A stretch of DNA of 64,000 bases from Eledone cirrhosa (Eukaryota): positions 313,720,001 through 313,784,000 of the forward strand of contig OZ024740.1 of assembly GCA_964016885.1 (NCBI GenBank). The letters run 5' to 3'. A model generated the notes under the pieces. It was not told the origin of the DNA. It saw only the letters and a list, made by a program, of their open reading frames with translations, and did no database searches. The position numbers were made by a program, and so were the translations under genes. Below are positions 61,746 through 64,000 of this stretch, one piece after another (position 1 is the stretch's first letter; every line of letters begins with the position of its first letter).

Positions 61746-62942
61746 AGTAGAAAGTAACTCAATTTAAAAATCTAGAAGATTGCAATCATGAAAATTTAGT
61801 ATACAAGTTATAGTCACAGAATAAAATATTGAAAGTGAGAAAGAATGGAAGAAAAAGTAAGAGTGAAAGTGGGAGAAAAATATTATGGGTGTATATGAAA
61901 GCAGAAGAGTGGATAAATAAACGGACAGGAGAAGCCATATTGAAAAAAAAACAAAACAACGAAAAACTGAAATAGAGAAGAGAATAGAAAAAATAGTAAG
62001 AGAACGAGAGAGAAAGATGAAGTGAATGGGAATTAGAGTATTAGAGAAAAATCCCAACATATTCTATCTTCCTAGTAAATAAGTTGAGAAGGATCATTGA
62101 TTAATAATTGTGTTAAATAACGTACTTGGCACACTGTAAATGTTAGTACAGTATGTTCTGTATAAGTAATACAACTTTAAGTCGTCGTAGTGAAGTGTAA
62201 TTCAACGTACTGGAAAAAAGTGTAACGAGATGTCTTAATAAAGACACAGAGAGATTGTGTATATAGTCCCTAAAAAACAAGAACTTCAGTGAACCGAAAA
62301 ATCCGATTTGCGTGAATAGCGTTCTACTGGAAGCTAAGCCAGTTAATTAAAAATTCATGCGCTACGTAGCGAGGTCTGCATATTGTAATTAAATGTCCGA
62401 TGGAGTATACTGTGTATAATTAGTAGAAGTTACAGAAATGTGACTGGTGTCTGGGGTGGTAAATTACTTAACAATACGCTCTTAAGCAAAACAAGATTAA
62501 GATTCAATAATGATTAACATTTTTCAGACGAGTTTTAAGTGCTTTTCATTCTGATTAACAATTTTAACGAGTACTGTATTGTTCACTAATGTGAACTACT
62601 ATCATAATTTGGGAATAACAAGCGGCGTTGAGCAGGAGCTAATTTTCTGGCTCACTGAGACATTTAAAGGCTTTAAATTCAATCAAAATACATTTCATTT
62701 CCAAATCCGCAAGAAACTATCTAATTTACTCACATTCCTATAAGAAAATGAATGAACGACACACCACTCCACGTGATTTAGAGCTCTATAAAAGTTTCGT
62801 ATTACGTATAAGAATAACAAGCATTTGATTCGTGTATCACTAACCACAATAAAATCTCCCGTTACTAGGTATATATATATATATATATATATATTTACAA
62901 ACTACACTTTACCGTAACAAGAATGTATGGAACAGTCATGTC

Positions 62943-63135
62943 TAATAATTGTTTCTACTTTAGGCACAAGGCCAGCAATTACCCAGTGCATTACTGGTAC
63001 TTTATTTTATTGACCCCGTAAGGATGACAGGCAAAGTTAACCTCGGCGGGATTTGAACTCAGACCGTAAAGGGACGTAACTATGCTGGAAAGCATGGCGT
63101 CCGACTCTCTTCCGATACTGCCAATCCACCGCCGT
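62943..63135 (-). mobile_element. tRNA-SINE, full-length short variant with target-site duplication
   Basis: GTCATGTCTAATAAT flanks both ends (62935 and 63139). Confidence 0.9.
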
Positions 63136-64000
63136 CATGTCATGTCTAATAATAAATAGACGAGGTATGTGTGCTTGTGATTCTGTGTTTGTGTATATAT
63201 ATGGGTATACTTACAAGAACGAACTTGATTAAGAACGATCAAATAGATTCCACATAATACGCACACACACACACACACACACACAAACATATATATATAT
63301 GTATGTATGTACATATATACATATGTATATATATATATGTGTGTGTGTGTGTGTGCGTGATTATGTCTTTAAGCCTATATTTCTTCCTTCTTATCATTTA
63401 TAATATGTTTATCAACTTTTATCAAATTTATATTTCTTTTTTATTTATAATATATTTAAAAAAATTTAATTTTGTTTTTTTTAATTTGATTTTATAGCAA
63501 TGTGCTAGACTGGTCTGACGTTTATTTTCTGTAGTTAAACAATTTAGATTTTCTATCCAATATGGCGCAACTTCGTATGTTTTTGAAAATGTAAACAATT
63601 CCTTTGCTCGATGGCTCTAATGTATTGCGGTGAGATTATAATGAGGTTTCTATATTAAATATCTGGTTTTGAAAAGTCCAAGGAAGAGACGAAATGTTCG
63701 TTAATCATCATATAATGTATTACAGTATTTCGTGTCTATTTTGAATGAATTATTTGCTTTTACTGTAATTGTTATTTGGGGCACCATAGAAGTTTGTATA
63801 CACAGCTTTTTGGAAATTTCTTTCAGAAAGGGTTGATACATAGATTTTGTTTTGCTTATTGTGATAGATTACTCTAGTTTTAGCTGTGTTTAACCTCTCC
63901 ACCTATGGTTACAACATTTTATATTATTTTTGTGAAAAATGATATGTATTTCACACACACACAGACACACACACACACACGCACACACACACACACACAC

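Overview
Repeat-rich, AT-rich eukaryotic DNA with no recognisable intact host gene. The SINE and microsatellite content resembles an octopus/cephalopod genome, but that is inference. Most ORFs in the track are microsatellite artefacts. Real coding remnants are all transposon-derived: a hAT transposase pseudogene (1-1801), an R4/Dong-type LINE (7834-10950), a near full-length Tx1/L1-clade LINE (32402-38390) plus 3' fragments, RTE-clade pieces, five CRE-clade endonuclease fragments, an internally deleted mariner, Penelope-like (PLE) fragments, a likely non-autonomous Helitron and about 20 tRNA-derived SINE copies. The most striking signal is not in the ORF track. About 20 minimal type-I hammerhead ribozyme motifs (CTGANGA...GAAA-palindrome-TH), some intact and some degenerate, occur in roughly ten unrelated non-coding repeat families. 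These families lie in tandem and inverted arrays embedded in (TA)n tracts. They include 310-bp and 468/469-bp retrozyme-like monomers and three hammerheads with unusually large (about 55-80 nt) stem-II domains. Different retroelement classes also appear to partition by microsatellite target: (TA)n, (ATT)n, (TACA)n and (GAA)n.
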